From NCBI GenBank assembly GCA_036172245.1, contig JAYWIR010000010.1, positions 2,790,001-2,854,000 on the forward strand: 64,000 bases of DNA, written 5' to 3'. This DNA is from Raillietiella orientalis. Taxonomy: Eukaryota. The notes beneath the pieces were generated by a model, which saw only the letters and a list, made by a program, of their open reading frames with translations, did not search any database and was not told where the DNA came from. The first letter of the stretch is position 1. Each line of letters begins with the position of its first letter. The position numbers and the translations under genes are program-made. This document shows, piece after piece, positions 35,658 to 53,252 of this stretch.

Positions 35658-38600
35658 CTGGAAAGGAAAACTGCAAATGAGTTCCCAGTCTGCTTTAGCG
35701 AGCCCTTTGTTTCATAGTCACGAGCAGTCTTTGTGGTCCGCCTCTTGTTCACCACAGTCAAGAGATTGTTGTAGGTGTTAGAAGCAACAACAGGAAGAGT
35801 GGTATCTAATTTTCGGATGTCCGAAAGCTCGGAAACTGGTCTTTACCGATGTCGTCGAAAGGAAGAAATCAGAATTCACGCGAAAGGATTAGAGATCGAA
35901 CACAGAGCAACGATCAGCGGTGGTCCACGCATGCGCGCACGCAACAGCTTAGCTGGAACAAACTGAAAAGCGAATTCCAGCCCAGTAGGCAATGAATCAC
36001 CACAAGAAGATGACCGCCTGCATGCTTACATGGGATTTTATCCACACTCAACGGAAATTTACCAAACCATTTTATCCTTCGATTCTTGTTCGCCACCCAC
36101 CCTTGAGGAAAACACCGAACCATTCCATCCTCCGACTGCTGTTCACAACACCCGCGCACACACGTTTGCGCGTTTCCGCGTTCGCAGAAAAACAACAAAC
36201 AAAAAAACACAAGAGAGGAAAAGTGGATGCTCACAATCAGCATGTCGCGCAGTCCGCCGGGTTCCTTTCATCTTGGGTCCTCACAAAGCGTTTGCTCCCT
36301 CGCGCCAGAAATGCTGCTGTTTCCGCTCGGTGCTCCCAGCGTGCGCGCCATGCGGAAACCACACACCTTGACCGCGTGTGATTAACTGGAGTGAACTTGC
36401 GTAACAAATCGTCACAGAATCCGTACCCTGATTCCCGATGAATGATAATAAGGTGCAACAGATTAATCATAGAAACGTAGGGAGGTGCAGCCTCTTGCTG
36501 CGTTTGCACACGCGAGAGCCCGATGTTGCTGGCAGGAGCGCGTTCTGCTTATTCCGCGGACCATTCCGAATTTTCGACTGCTTGCCCGCAGCTGCTGTAG
36601 CGAGCCCAGACTGCTGATCAAAGCGAGCTCAGAGCTGTCGGGCGGCCCGTGGACGGCCGGGTCTCCTGGGCGTTCAGACCGCGGGGTGCGCGAAATCAGC
36701 GGCGGATGAAAGTCGCCCGAGACGGATGATTCCGGTCGCTGGCAGGCAGATGCCCGTCCGCTCACGCGTATCGCTGCTTGCCCTTCTGGGATGCGCACGT
36801 TTCGTTCGACACGCGGCAGGTGAAACGCCTTGCAGACCACGGGTAAAACCCGAGATGCTATGGCCAACTCGGAAGCTTGGCAGGCGTAGGTGCTCTGGGA
36901 ATCCTGCTGAGATTTCACGTTCCGCTCACGATGTTCTCTTCTTGTGTGGAAACGGGAAACGCCCCAGGGGCTTTGGCGCGAGCTCTGCAACCCCATCTGC
37001 CGGCGCGAGCCGCTCTGTGGCTTCCGGATAGGTCATCGCTTTTGCCGACGGAGACGTCAGCATTCGGGGAACTGCCAGACAGCTCATTTTCTGCGCCAGA
37101 AGAATTTTGGTTTTCCTTTTGGGAAAGAACTAGCCGCGAACGCGTTACCCTCAGGGGATGCGCGCTGCCGGAGCGTCTCCCGAGACCTCTCTACGTACTG
37201 GAGTTTCAACTTCCAGAAATCCCCCATCTAAGGAGATGTGCATTTCTGTAGAGTTCCCTTTGTTATTCGAGCTCTACCCAAAACCCTTCTTCCTCATTCT
37301 TCCATCTGGCTCGGACGAGTTGCCAGTTTTCGAGAGACAGGGAACCATTCCCTCTGAGACTGCTCCCAAGGACTGATGGAAGGCTGGGCTGGATCTCTTC
37401 CGCTTGCAGTTCTTGCAACGCTCCAGTTCCTGTGGTTCTTTGCTTTTCCTTCCTTCCTTCATCATTACGGCACATCCAGGTGCATCACCTAGATCATCAA
37501 TATCACTGTGCATGTTGCTCTCAGACTTCCATGCAAGGAGCGTTTAGTGAGATCGCGCGCCATTGACCCTCCGCAAACAAACGAGCAAAAAAGAAAGAAA
37601 GAAAAAAGAAAACGAGTGCCGCTTGCAAAAGACTCGAAAATCGGAAACGAAGGCTAACGATGTCTAATTCCTCAGGAAAAAAAAAAACCTTTTATTCTTT
37701 GAAGAAAGAAAGGGCATGCGGAAAGGCAATTTCCTCAGTCTGAAGACGATGACCCACCTAGCACAGTCATCACGGAAACGTTCCTAGAAAGAGAATCTGA
37801 ATGACAGATGATGGCCAATTAATTCCCGACATCCGCTGACTCGGGCATCGGTTCTGTGGAGAAAAAGGCCCTCATTTATACAAGCTTGTTTTTCTTCTTC
37901 TACAGCTACCGCAGCATTCTAATGCTGCTGATCGACTTTTTTTCTGCGTCTGCTCCATCACCTGAAGAATCAGCGTCTTCTATAGTCGATGATTCCTTGT
38001 GAGTCGAATGTAGATCTTGAACACTGACACCAACTAAACCAAAAATTTCACATCGGCTTCCTTCATGAGCAGGGATGCTGACTTCCGGTGCGGATTAACA
38101 AATGATATTCTCAATTCGAGCTGCGGTCTCATGAAAAAATGGAGCATTCTCTTGGAGCTTCTTCGAAATTTCAGATAACAGAACATATTCAAGATAGCAG
38201 AAGGAGGATGCCTAAGATGCCTGATGACAAGAAAGGAGGATCAAATTCTTCCGGAATTTCTACTCCATGCAGTGACGGCATAGGAAAGATTTCCCTTAGC
38301 TATTTTTCAGCATTCAGAAAAAGCTCACATTCAAAACTCGTGTCCCTTGGAAGAAAGTCTTACTCTCGAAAACCAGCATCGATTGTGAAAGTGATCACCG
38401 TGCTTTAACTCCCTCAGATGAAGCGCAGCACAAGGTGAATTTGTATAAAGTACATGCAGCATTTAGGTGGACATGCTGTTCATGCTAGAAACCTCCGAAG
38501 AAAGCGCCATCCTTTGGACTTGGGACAGGGAATGAAGGAATAAGAAATAAAGGCTGCTTTATGCAAGGATCTGCAAAACTCAAATATCAGCGAATTACTG

Positions 38601-41600
38601 AAAACAAAATCGAAGCTACCGTGAAGATTATCTGCATGCAGCGAGGATCTGTGTGTAAGAGGAAATTTCACATGCAATGGAAACCTGAATAAAGCGCTTA
38701 GTGCTTTAAACTAAAAAGATGCATTCAAAACAAAAACCATTGCTTTTCCAATAATGGCTGAATCGGCTTTGATCTTTTTAGATGAAAGAATTGGATTAAG
38801 GCGGTATGGGTTAAAATGCAGTGAGCTGCTAGAGAGGGCAAAAAAAATTCTGCACACTACAAGTGGCATCGGCTGGTTTTCACGTAAGTTTAAAGACGGT
38901 AATTTGACAATAGATAAAGAATTTTCTCATGTGAATCCAGATGCCAAAAAAGCCGAATAGGGAAACACGCTGAAGCGGGAAATGCTCTAAGACTGCTTGG
39001 ATCGTCACTGAATGAAACGGTGAGTATCAACAAGGAGTCTTGTTGTATAAAACTAAACTCACCGAGGGTTTATTAAATCCGAGTATCGGACTTCCTGATG
39101 GTAGACCTTGAAGAAAGATAACTGAAGCTGCATTGCATGCAAGTCATTGCAGGGAGAAAAACGAATGTGAATTAAAAGTATGGCTTTTACGATTTTCTAG
39201 AGACGGATGATCTTTGCAGTGTTCGCAAGACAGACATTAATCATCAAATAGCGGCAGAACACATAAGGCCTCTCGAAATTATTTCTAAACGGAACTTTGG
39301 TATCTTGCTTTCTGTGCTATTCGGGAAACTAAAATCATTCCCCTGTTCAACGAAACAATGTTTCATTTTAATAAGTTGTGATATTTTTTGCAACTGAAAG
39401 GGGTAGGCGGTATACATTGCAAACTAAAACGCTCAAATGTTTTCGTAGTTTCCAATGGTTTCTGAAAGAACTGAGACTTCCCTTATTGCATAGACAAAAA
39501 TAAAACATTATTGCCAGATATTTTAACCAAGTTTTGATAACTCTGTTTAACAATCTCACGGTACTGTCTACTTCCATACTTCTTCTGCCAGTTGTATAGC
39601 TTGGGAGACAAGATTAACAGAAGTGCTCAAAATGCTTCATAAGAAGGTAGTAAGAAGAAAATTATTGAAAAAGGTAGCATGAATGGAGGATCATCCACAG
39701 TGATAGACGCTTTTAAGTGCTACGTGTGTCAACGAATTCCTGGAATAGTACACCTAAGAAAAGCGACAAATTTGTTCCATGAATGCTAAATTTAGGAACT
39801 AAAATAATATGTGCTTAAAAGCGAGAATTTTATTAAACAAACAGAATCTCATATGATACAGATTCGAATATTCATAGTTGTTGTTTTTCATAATAGTGCG
39901 TTCTGAAAATGATCATTATAATACATTTATAATTTCTTCATATCTGATTAGTAATGCTAGCCCTAATTATATTGTTTAACAGCGACCAATTGCTAATCCT
40001 GAAAGCTAACTTAGCAAGTATCAATCGATAAGGAATAAAAAGTGAAATTTTTTCTAAATTATGCATGTGTATTGTATGTCACTGTATTTTATGGATTGTA
40101 TTGTTTCAAAGGATTGTTAGTATTTTGGAAATTATGAAATACATGTGTTTAAGATCAATAAGGCAATCTTAGTGAACCGATAACTGTGTCCCGCACGTTA
40201 AAGAGCAATTATTTAATTCATCGATTAACTATATTCTCCTTCTTCTCTTTAAGTTCCCTCCCGCTCATTATATCCAATATTTGAATGGAATGCACCACAT
40301 TTCCTGCATAGCATTAAGATTTAATTCCCTCAGCAGTATTTTTAATCTTTCTTACCGTATGATGTTCTGAAAGAAGTCAAAGTGAAGTCGAGATTCTTCC
40401 TTGCTGTTCGACTCTATGGCAAAGCGAGGAAAGGTTCAGTCAAGCGAGTGTGCTGACCCTATGGAAAGGTCAGATCGAGAGAAGCATGCCCCCAGCCGCG
40501 AAGTTTGTGCTTCACGTGGGCACAAGTCGAGAAACAAGCATGGAATCAATCGCGACTTCAACGCAAATCATGGAGTTTCGATTACTTCGAAATGCATCAG
40601 ATTTTTGAAGTATTTCATCTCGCAAACAAAGAATATCAGGTTGTGCAAAGGCTTTTGTAATCGGACTCCAAAGTAGAAGTGCAAGGTCAAGGTGTAAGAG
40701 TTGGATACATGACAGACTGAAATTAGTGATTTCCTCGGAGAAATTGACGATTTTAAATTTTCGTTAATCGTCGTTCAAATAATTACTTTTACAAGAGTTT
40801 GTGAATAAGAAAATGATGGAAAGACGATGATTTCCTGAGTCGCGTGCGCCCTTCCGCAGCTGGTTCCCTTGATTGTTTTGAGAACGAAAATCGTATACAG
40901 TAACGAATGGTCTTTGAAAATGCTGAATTTCGTTTCAATGAATTATATGAACTAAATAGCGTGCGTGGCAAAAATCTGTATCTGTTATTTCATTTTCTGA
41001 TGAAACCATTTCTTCTAACGATTATGCTTGTTTGAAATCACAGTATTTCCTTCGTTACATCATTATAGGGTAAGAAAACTTGCAATTTATCTGAGTATAC
41101 TTCAAATCATATGGCATTAACGTAAAATTGCAGCAGTACAAGCCCTCCTTGTTACACTGAAATAAGTTTTGTATTTAACTAAAATTGGCCCCATGATTTG
41201 TGAAGTTGAACCAGTATCTGGTTTGGGGCATCCGTTTGGCCATGAATTTTAAGTTGCTTTTGAAGCTGTTTATTCAAATGTATCCCAAACATTCCTCACC
41301 TGTAACGACTGCGGAACAATTTAGCAGTAATGCAAGAATTGCCAATTCTATTTGGTGTATCCGGTTATTTCTAAGCATAAGCATCGCCGTTGTAAGGCCA
41401 AAAGTCATTTATTTCCAATTTTATCTACAAGATACGATGAAAACCGATTTTCTCTTTCGTTTCGCAAAGTTGGTTGTTTCGTCATTAGTTAATTAACCTA
41501 CTGGGTTCATCGCACAGGCACATTCCAGTGCCCCTATTTGATTCCATTCTTAATTTTGAGTCACTTTTATATCTTGAGGATTTTTTCCATAATTTTGGAA

Positions 41601-41675
41601 AAAAACTTGAGCGATAATTATCATTATGTGCACTACATAGTACATATATTCATGTTGTATCATTCTTAAAGGAAC

Positions 41676-42659
41676 ATGTACTCACTGCCTAATGTGCAAG
41701 AGTTATTGGAAAGACACAAAAAAGAGAAGAAGGATGTCCAAGGTTAGTAAATATCACAGATGAATTCCCAAACTTAATTATGCAGCCAAGATAACATGTC
41801 TGAAACATTCAGTGTCCAAAGGTAACAAAAAGCAAAAGAAACTCATCATGGAAGAAATTGCAAAAATGGAGCTGGAAATCAGCAACAAGCACAAGCAAGA
41901 GTTGGATGCATGCAATATTCAAGAAGTTGGTAATGCATACTTAAGTTCTACATCTAATTTCACATCAATGTAGGCAGAAATAACTAATGTAAATGAAGTG
42001 ACTACAATCCCCAAGATCACTAGAGCAGAAAAGAGAAGAAGGCGAAAATTGTGCAAAGAAAAAAATGAAAACTCTCTCAGTGATGATGATGTGGTGGTCA
42101 GTAAAACTTATGAGGAATTATGCAACATAGAAGAGAAGCTCAGAATTATGAATCTGCAGCAACATGAAGTTCCCAGTGATGGCAATTGGTACAGCGTTTT
42201 TCAAAGTAGCTGATGTCACTGTTTTTCAGCTTATATAGTGCTGTGGTACACCAGTTGTTTTTGGCTGGAGTATCATCAACTGTAAATGTGCTTCGAAAGC
42301 AAGTAGCTTCCTGTATGTTGGAGCATCACGAGGATTATCTTCCCTTTGCATGTAGTGCAGAAACAGGAGAGCTCATGGATTTACTTGAATTTCAGAAGTA
42401 CTGTCACTCTGTTGCTAATTCAACAATATGGGGTGGCCAATTGGAGGTGAGTTGTAAGAGCTATGCACATACTGATTCTTGGTAGTTGCGGGCTATGTCA
42501 CGAATATTACAGCAGCCAATCCAAGTGATTCAAGGATGTGGCTCAAATATTGTTCTGGGTGAAGAATTCTCATTGCCACCAATGACTCTTGTGTACCTTA
42601 GGCACCAATTAAGTCTTGGAGAGCATTATAATTCCACAGAGCCAGCAGGTTTTATTTGA
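41676..42659 (+). CDS. OTUD6B: OTU domain deubiquitinase OTUD6B-like; exons 41676-41742, 41786-41925, 41974-42188, 42230-42446, 42486-42659
   Basis: N-terminal ELLERHKKEKKDVQAKI coiled coil, VPSDGNCLYSAV catalytic Cys motif, WGGQLELRAMS and LGEHYNS; phase-consistent introns of 39-48 nt. Confidence 0.93.
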
Positions 42660-42666
42660 CAATAAA
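42651..42666. promoter_or_regulatory. Back-to-back polyadenylation signals for KARS (minus, 42651-42656) and OTUD6B (plus, 42661-42666)
   Basis: The sequence TTTATT TGAC AATAAA spans the OTUD6B stop, 10 bp from the KARS stop. Confidence 0.65.
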
Positions 42667-42675
42667 AAAACTATT

Positions 42676-44971
<2,296 letters not shown>

Positions 44972-45186
44972 GACGACAGGAAGTACATTGCGGAGCATGC
45001 TAAAAGCATGTTTAAGTGATTTGATTTCCAAACCTTTTGAACATAGTAAAAGGTTGAAATAAAGTTGCTATCAGAAATGTATTAGAAAATATGCCTAAAA
45101 TAGCACTGCTTGAATCATTGGTAAGCAACATAAATCGGAGTAAGTATATCGATCAAACTTGGTACTAATAGCCATAAGAAGGAAAC
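44972..45186. promoter_or_regulatory. Probable bidirectional promoter between KARS and PIH1D3
   Basis: Divergent ATGs 215 bp apart; DRE-like TATCGAT near 45147; probable 5'UTR intron at 45121-45171 on the plus strand. Confidence 0.6.
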
Positions 45187-46966
45187 ATGGAATACGGATA
45201 CAATATTAAAGATTTAGCTAAACTTTTGAAATCCGGGGATTCGGACAGTGAAGAAGAAAGAGGTTAGTATAACATATTTTTTAGTTACTTTTGAAGCTCA
45301 TTTTCATATTTAGCTTTTTCAGAAATATTATATGCAATTGACCTGTCTTATCTTAGGTCACGAAAGCATTTTTATGCCTGTAAAAATAAAAGATGTCTGC
45401 CATGAAGGAAATGTCAAACCTACTACAAATAGAAATCAGGAAAAGGAGATCTGGAATTATAATGATATTCCATCTTCTGTAGACCTCGATGACAATTTTG
45501 ATCCTCGTCAAAAACCAGAATATGAAATTACATACAGTCAGGATGTATCAACAGAAGATGTCTTTCTACAGGTGAATATACCTAAATTATGGTGAATTCA
45601 TTTCAGTTAATTACCATATGCAGGAGATTCGCATCAATTTTGAAAGCTTTACTTGATTAGTGGATATAAAGCTCAATGGTGCTTTTTAAAAGGTCTGATC
45701 GACCCCCTAACAACTAAGATTAATATCTAACTGAAAAGAAACATGTCTTGCTTTTTTTTTTCTTCCGTGATAGTCGTAAGATGAAAACTAAAACGGTAAT
45801 TAATGATCGATATTTTAATTAAAACCCTTTCTGCAATTTAAATTCAAATACTGAAAAGAATGAGATTACGATGAATCTTACAAAATATCAGAACGTGATT
45901 ATGCATCTGGCAAACTATATATTGTATGTAAATGAACAGAGTAATTTACTTAATTTCTAATTTCCTTCTAAAATGTATTGATAGCATGAACTCCTTCCAA
46001 AGTTCCAAATTGTTTTAATCGCATCACTGTACAAATTGATTAATTGACGAATAGTTTGCTAAGTTTCAACGATTCAACGAACTCTGTATTTTAAGTTCGT
46101 AAAATCCCACTTAAAATAAAACTGCAAACATTGCGGTCAAATAAAACACACTTCGGCAACCGCTTGCAGAAGAGCTACGAATCTTTTGAAATCTGAACTG
46201 CTTTGAGTACTCAGCAGCAATACAAACTGATATGTTTTATGGTATCTCGTTGATAATCTATATTTAATCCAATATAATAGCAATATATGTATAGTGTTTT
46301 TATTCCTAAAAACAAATTCAATGAATGCTTGCAGGTAGATTGAAGGAAGTGTTTTAAATTCCAACTTTTGTATAATTTTAAAAGTGTTAGTACTAGCATT
46401 TAAAAGTTCATTACCATGCCTATTGAACATTATCTTGCATATTTATCTCTAGCCCCTAAAAAGTCATAATTGTCTGTACAGGTAAAGAATTTTTCCATTT
46501 GAAATAAATCAGAATTACCACTAGAGCAATTCATTGCGAAAGTCCATGCTGAGCAGTTAAACTCGATTGATTATATTTTCAAATATTGAGTATGTAAGAC
46601 TTCCAAAAAAACTTTGACCAAACTGCTTTGAAGTTTGCAAACAGAAAAATTGGTCTCTAATATGTTGTATATATAATTTTTACAAAATGTTATTATACTA
46701 ATTATGATTATTAGCTATCAGGGAAAACACCCTTGACGAGTAGCTGTGGAGTAATGACTGTGCACATTCATTTGCCGGGAGAACGTTTGTCAGATATTCA
46801 TCTATCAGTTAACGAAAAACATATAGATCTACGATCTCCACATTATCGCTTGCTGCTATGGCTACCTCATCCCGTAATTAAAGATACGGCTAAAGCTAGC
46901 TGGGATTCCGAAAATTGCCGAATGAAGATCATGATGAACAAAGTTGACAATATTAACTGTTTGTGA
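45187..46966 (+). CDS. PIH1D3: Dynein axonemal assembly factor PIH1D3/DNAAF6-like; exons 45187-45262, 45357-45571, 46715-46966
   Basis: LAKLLK..DSDSEE N-terminus, EIW...DPRQKPEYEITYSQDVSTEDVFLQ|LSGKTP.TSSC, and a CS-like C-terminus IDLRSPHYRLLLWLPHPV..AKASWD. Confidence 0.9.
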
Positions 46967-49900
46967 AACATTGTAAGATATATAAATGAGATAAATTTGT
47001 TGAACAAAAGAGCATCGATTTATACTTTGCATACGCATTTAAAAGCTTCATGATCAACAATATATTATCTCTTTTGAATGTACCAAATGAGATAAGGTGG
47101 AAATGCATGTAAAAATTAATTTTAAATGCACTTGTTCAATGCATGTTTCTGAACGACTACGAGGATTTTGACGCGTAGTAGGGAAGCAATAATTTTTGAA
47201 ATATCATCTGGTAGAGATTTGGAAATGTCCACAACAGATAAAGTTGGAGGGGTTCTGGACTTATGATATATATAATAATTCATGATCATTATATACAAAG
47301 TTTATGATTTAATCTAACTTCAGGTACTTGAATCACCAATAAACACCTTTGAAAAGAGTGCATTCTAAGAAATCAGCAAATAAGGCACAGAGAGCAATAG
47401 TTTCATATGGATTACTATTTACATGACACTGACTAGTTTCCCCTCACAGCAACACAGCCAAGCCAAACTAGCCAAATGAGAAAATACGGAACAAAGCAAC
47501 CAAGCAAAAAGTAATGAAAAACTAAAACTTCGGCTTTGAATTCCAAACAATGTTCTCATTTCACAAGACAGCTACACCCCTGAAGCAGTTGAACTCTTGA
47601 GAAACACCATACATATCAGGGCTCACAGTTCACAGAAAAAGATATTCATAGCCTCCAAGAACCTCATGGACCACAGCATACTGGAAAACATCATATGAAT
47701 ACCACAGCATATCAACACATCTTAAACAAATCTGCTCTGAACCTCATATGTTATTATTGTTCATGGCCAGAGAAAATGTAGCACATAAACCATGTAGAGC
47801 ATGAGCATTTGAGGAGCACATAGAAATTAGTAAGAAATACTCTACTAGCATTTCATTTTAAAAATAATGCATTCTGTTGAAAAATATCTGTACATTTACT
47901 GCAACTGATCACTCTAATCGGAAACTGTCTCAAAATGTCTTCAACTTGGTAATATGAATTCATAAAAACTTTTCAATAAAAGACAATACTTTTCAATTTT
48001 TTTTATTCCTTAAACCACTTGGATTTTTTTCTTCAAATAAATCTGTAAAGACTGCTCCTGGACTTTTCTTCAAAATCCAAACTCTTATCTCTGCAATAAA
48101 AAACGCAAATTGTAAATAAACCAAAAACAGCCAAAAACACCTAAAATTCAAAACCATGACTGTTCCTAATTTGTACATGAAAGTAATTTATCTGGAATTG
48201 GAAACAAACAACTGCACACTGTACAAAATCACGTTTTACTTTAATTCACAATACAAAATGAAACAGTTAGTTAATGCTGTTAGTAGCCAATCGTTTCATT
48301 ATTCACTAATTTGTTGTCTAGCAAAAACTAATAAGCAAAACTTGTACTAAAGTTCCAAATGACAACCTCACATTCTCCTCAGACCGGCAATTTTAATTTA
48401 AAACAAGCATGTATTCCGGCAGCACTTTCTAACTGAAAGCATTAAATATTTGAATTTTAACTCCAAACAAATAAAAAAGTCAGACCCACAGGCATCTGCG
48501 TCTAAACAGAGGCAAATTTTCTAAAATTATGAGAAAAAAAATGTGCTCTTTCCAGTGAAAAACTAAAAGCAATTTACTTACCCGAAATGTAAATCCAGTG
48601 ATCTTCGATGCTCCCATCATTCAAGGTTCTTCATCTTAATCATTCCTCAATCGATTTTCGAAACTTAGCCCTGGTTCATTCACATTAAAGCTGGACAAAA
48701 TAAATATATAAGCATAATAACATTCTTTATAATCGCACAGCACATTTAAAATTAATCGTCATATTAAGATTAGCATCATATATCAGAGGTGTCCTAAGAT
48801 GTAATCATGTTCTCAGAATACAGAAAAACGGATAGAAACTTACAGCTTTCTTTTTTAATGATGGACTCACATAATCTTCCATTTACTAAGGAAAAAAATC
48901 AATGACTCTACTGTAGGAATTTGAAGATGAAGGTTGTAGGAGTTCCTGTACGAACCGAGACCGAGATCTGCACACCATCGTATAACTCACGCATTAAGTT
49001 CGGGTCATCGTACTATCATCCTCTTCCGGTTAAAATGTTTAGAATAGATATTCCAACTTTAAATTTTGCACATATCACTTTCAACGAAATTCCTACTTTG
49101 GCTTTCACTCGTGCATAAGCTGTGATATACCAGTGAACAGTCAGCTAAAAAATTTTTTTCTTAAATGCCGTATTTATGTTCTAGAATTTTTAACATATTT
49201 GTGCCTAGAGTCCTGAAATGAGATACTCCAATAAATACTCCTAAACTTTGATACTCCAATAAACTTTTTATGAATAGCATTAAGGAATAATAGTAGGTGA
49301 GAACTCGTTTTATTCACGATAGAAATCCACCACTGTTTTTAAAATGCTCCTTCTTCGTTCCTGTAACATTTGTCCCATATAAATACCTTAAGCTACAGCA
49401 TAATGAACGAATGTATTCTAATAAAAACTTTATCATGTTTATTAAAAATCGTTATTCGTTACCAAGTAGTTCATCAAACAGACTGCAAAGGATCCTTACA
49501 AATTTTTGAAATCATGAAGATCTATGACTCAAGTGCTTCATCCAAGAGATGTTTCCTTGAACAATGTAATGTTTAAGCCATGCTAGTACAAATCAATTAG
49601 ATTAAATGGCGTTACTTTCCTCCATATCTCAGCTTATAATCTGATCTTCCAAACCTAAGAGCTCCTATTTCAGGTTTCTATCCACTTTCTACTTCTGTTT
49701 TTCTTTTGTTTCTCTCAACTAAGGAATTTAATCTCTTTGCTTACGGTTTAATTCTCATTTTTTTAGGATTCCTAAAAATGCCATTCCCTTGCAAATCTTT
49801 AAATTCGTGACAGTTTTAACCATAAGCATTACGGAAGCAATTATTCTTATCATTACTGGAGCCTCATAAGAAAAATATCCTTTATGTTTTCATTTTCAAT

Positions 49901-51088
49901 AAATGCTCAAGGAACTTCACACTCATTTTAATCACAGTTCTCAGAAGGAATGAAAATACCTATCTTGTGTTCTGCTTTGTTAGAAAAAGAAACCTGTAAA
50001 TCAAAAAAACTAGGAAGAAGGAAGGAAGACAAGTATATTTGATCAGCAAGTAGGTTGAATTCTTTTCAATGTTACATTTTACGTATGAATATTTAATCAA
50101 TCATTTTCGAAACTCTAATTATCTTCATAAAAATAAATACAAACAATGTGCTATACTAAAATGCATAAGTACTTTCTTTTTGCTGTGAGCAATCAAGGTA
50201 AGTGTATTTAATCCAAAAAATGTGATCACTTTTCCATAACTTACTCTTTATATCGGTTTATTTCAATATAGATGACAATAAAACCTGATAGCTGTAAGAA
50301 CAATATAAAATGAAATTCCAAAGCAAAAACATGTATTTCTGCCCTGAATAAGAGACTTTGAAAAAGCAGTAGAGATGCCACAATTAGAAGGATTAAAGGT
50401 TATATGTAATATAAATATGCGTAAGAATAGTAGAAGGATTCGGTATGATTTATGTACACTACTGTATATCTTGATATAGAATACTCAAATAAAAGTCATA
50501 TGTATACAATGCAACTGGAAAATTGCCTATCTGACATAAATTTTTTCTTATTTTTACAAGTTTGTCATTACAGAAATTCAATCGGGCATCTAGTTTTAAT
50601 GACCTAATCAAATTCATGTTCAAAAAGATATTGATTCAATGTGGTGTTCAACTGTTTGCAATATAAAGTTGTATTCTTTTTTACTTGTAACAATCTGTTT
50701 CAACCAGTATATTTAGGAAAAATTTTTTTGATATTTTTACAGTAGTCATTAAATGTACAAATAAAAAAACTGTTGTAAAAGAAGAATCTTCTTGATAAGG
50801 CTAATATGATATTCTATTTTAACTTCAGAAGCGAATATTCAGTCCATACACTTATTACAAGTATATTTATTTTGCATGAGTGTGGCAATTCTGCAATATT
50901 GCTATTGAAATCAAATGGGGAGGAATGAGAGCGTTAGCTGTCTCCTTCATATGGACTGTGTGTGTGGACGTGCTTAATTTTTTAGAAGTGTTTGTTAGGG
51001 AAGACTGTCATCGCTTGCACGGTAGTTATTTTGTCTCAAGAATAATGATGAAACTTCTAACAGATTTAAGGAAATAATCTGAAAATAG

Positions 51089-52482
<1,394 letters not shown>

Positions 52483-53138
52483 ATAGCAAATGTGTTAACA
52501 TCTATTGTCAGATATTTTCTATTTTCTTTATACAACACATCCTGGATATCAAGTGTAGATTTAGAATAAAGGCAGCAATATTTGCTGAAAATCAGAAATT
52601 CAAGTTTTTGAATCCTTATGATCTTGTACAAATAAACATAATGAACACGTTTGTCAACTACATTTTAGTTTTTGGGGTGAACATAAATTACATTGAATTA
52701 GGCGAATGAGGAAATTTTGAAAATCTGAACAAGACTGGAAATCAATAATTTGAAGTGCAATTATCTAGGGCAACATAACATAAATCTACTTTATTCGGAT
52801 TACAATTTTAAGCGTTGTATGGAAGTCAAAAACGTAAACGTAAGTCGGCAGTTACAAACTCCAATAGCATTGTACTAAAAGTTATACTCTAAGGTTGCTT
52901 TCTGAAGGTTAAACTTAATTGCATACATTTATTCTCTATTTATGTATTTTTGTGTGTCTGAGAGACTATGGGTATGCTTATTAGAAACATTTATGAAATC
53001 TACGATGAGTCGTAAGCCTCCAATCCATTGTGCCTAAACTGTCATTTCTAGTATTTGTTAATTATAAGATACGCGGACGTACTACTGACTGCTTCCAGTT
53101 AATATACATTATTGTATTTTTCTTTTAATTTCTAAAAC

Positions 53139-53252
53139 AACTTTGTCTTCCATTATATCTCAGAAGTAGATTTTTGAGTTATATATAACTGAGATATAAT
53201 GGAAGACAGAGTTTGTGTTTGCGGCTTCGCTTCCGCAAGTGCAACTCTTATT
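53139..53252. repeat. 25-bp-stem inverted repeat followed by a short GC hairpin (HINE/Helentron-like or hairpin RNA)
   Basis: TGTCTTCCATTATATCTCAG and CTGAGATATAATGGAAGACA form a perfect 20-bp pair with a 25-nt loop, followed by TTGCGG..CCGCAA. Confidence 0.8.

Noticed and set aside
1..37500. Numerous long overlapping ORFs in the ORF track (e.g. 22422-23708, 16143-17099)
   Set aside because: They are Arg/Gly/Pro-rich by-products of high GC or antisense shadows of real exons, with no recognisable domains.
35700..41200. PHLPP RA/PH-domain 5' exons (candidate donors near 36369, 39062 and 40355)
   Set aside because: Splice-like signals exist, but no phase-consistent, recognisable translation could be assembled.
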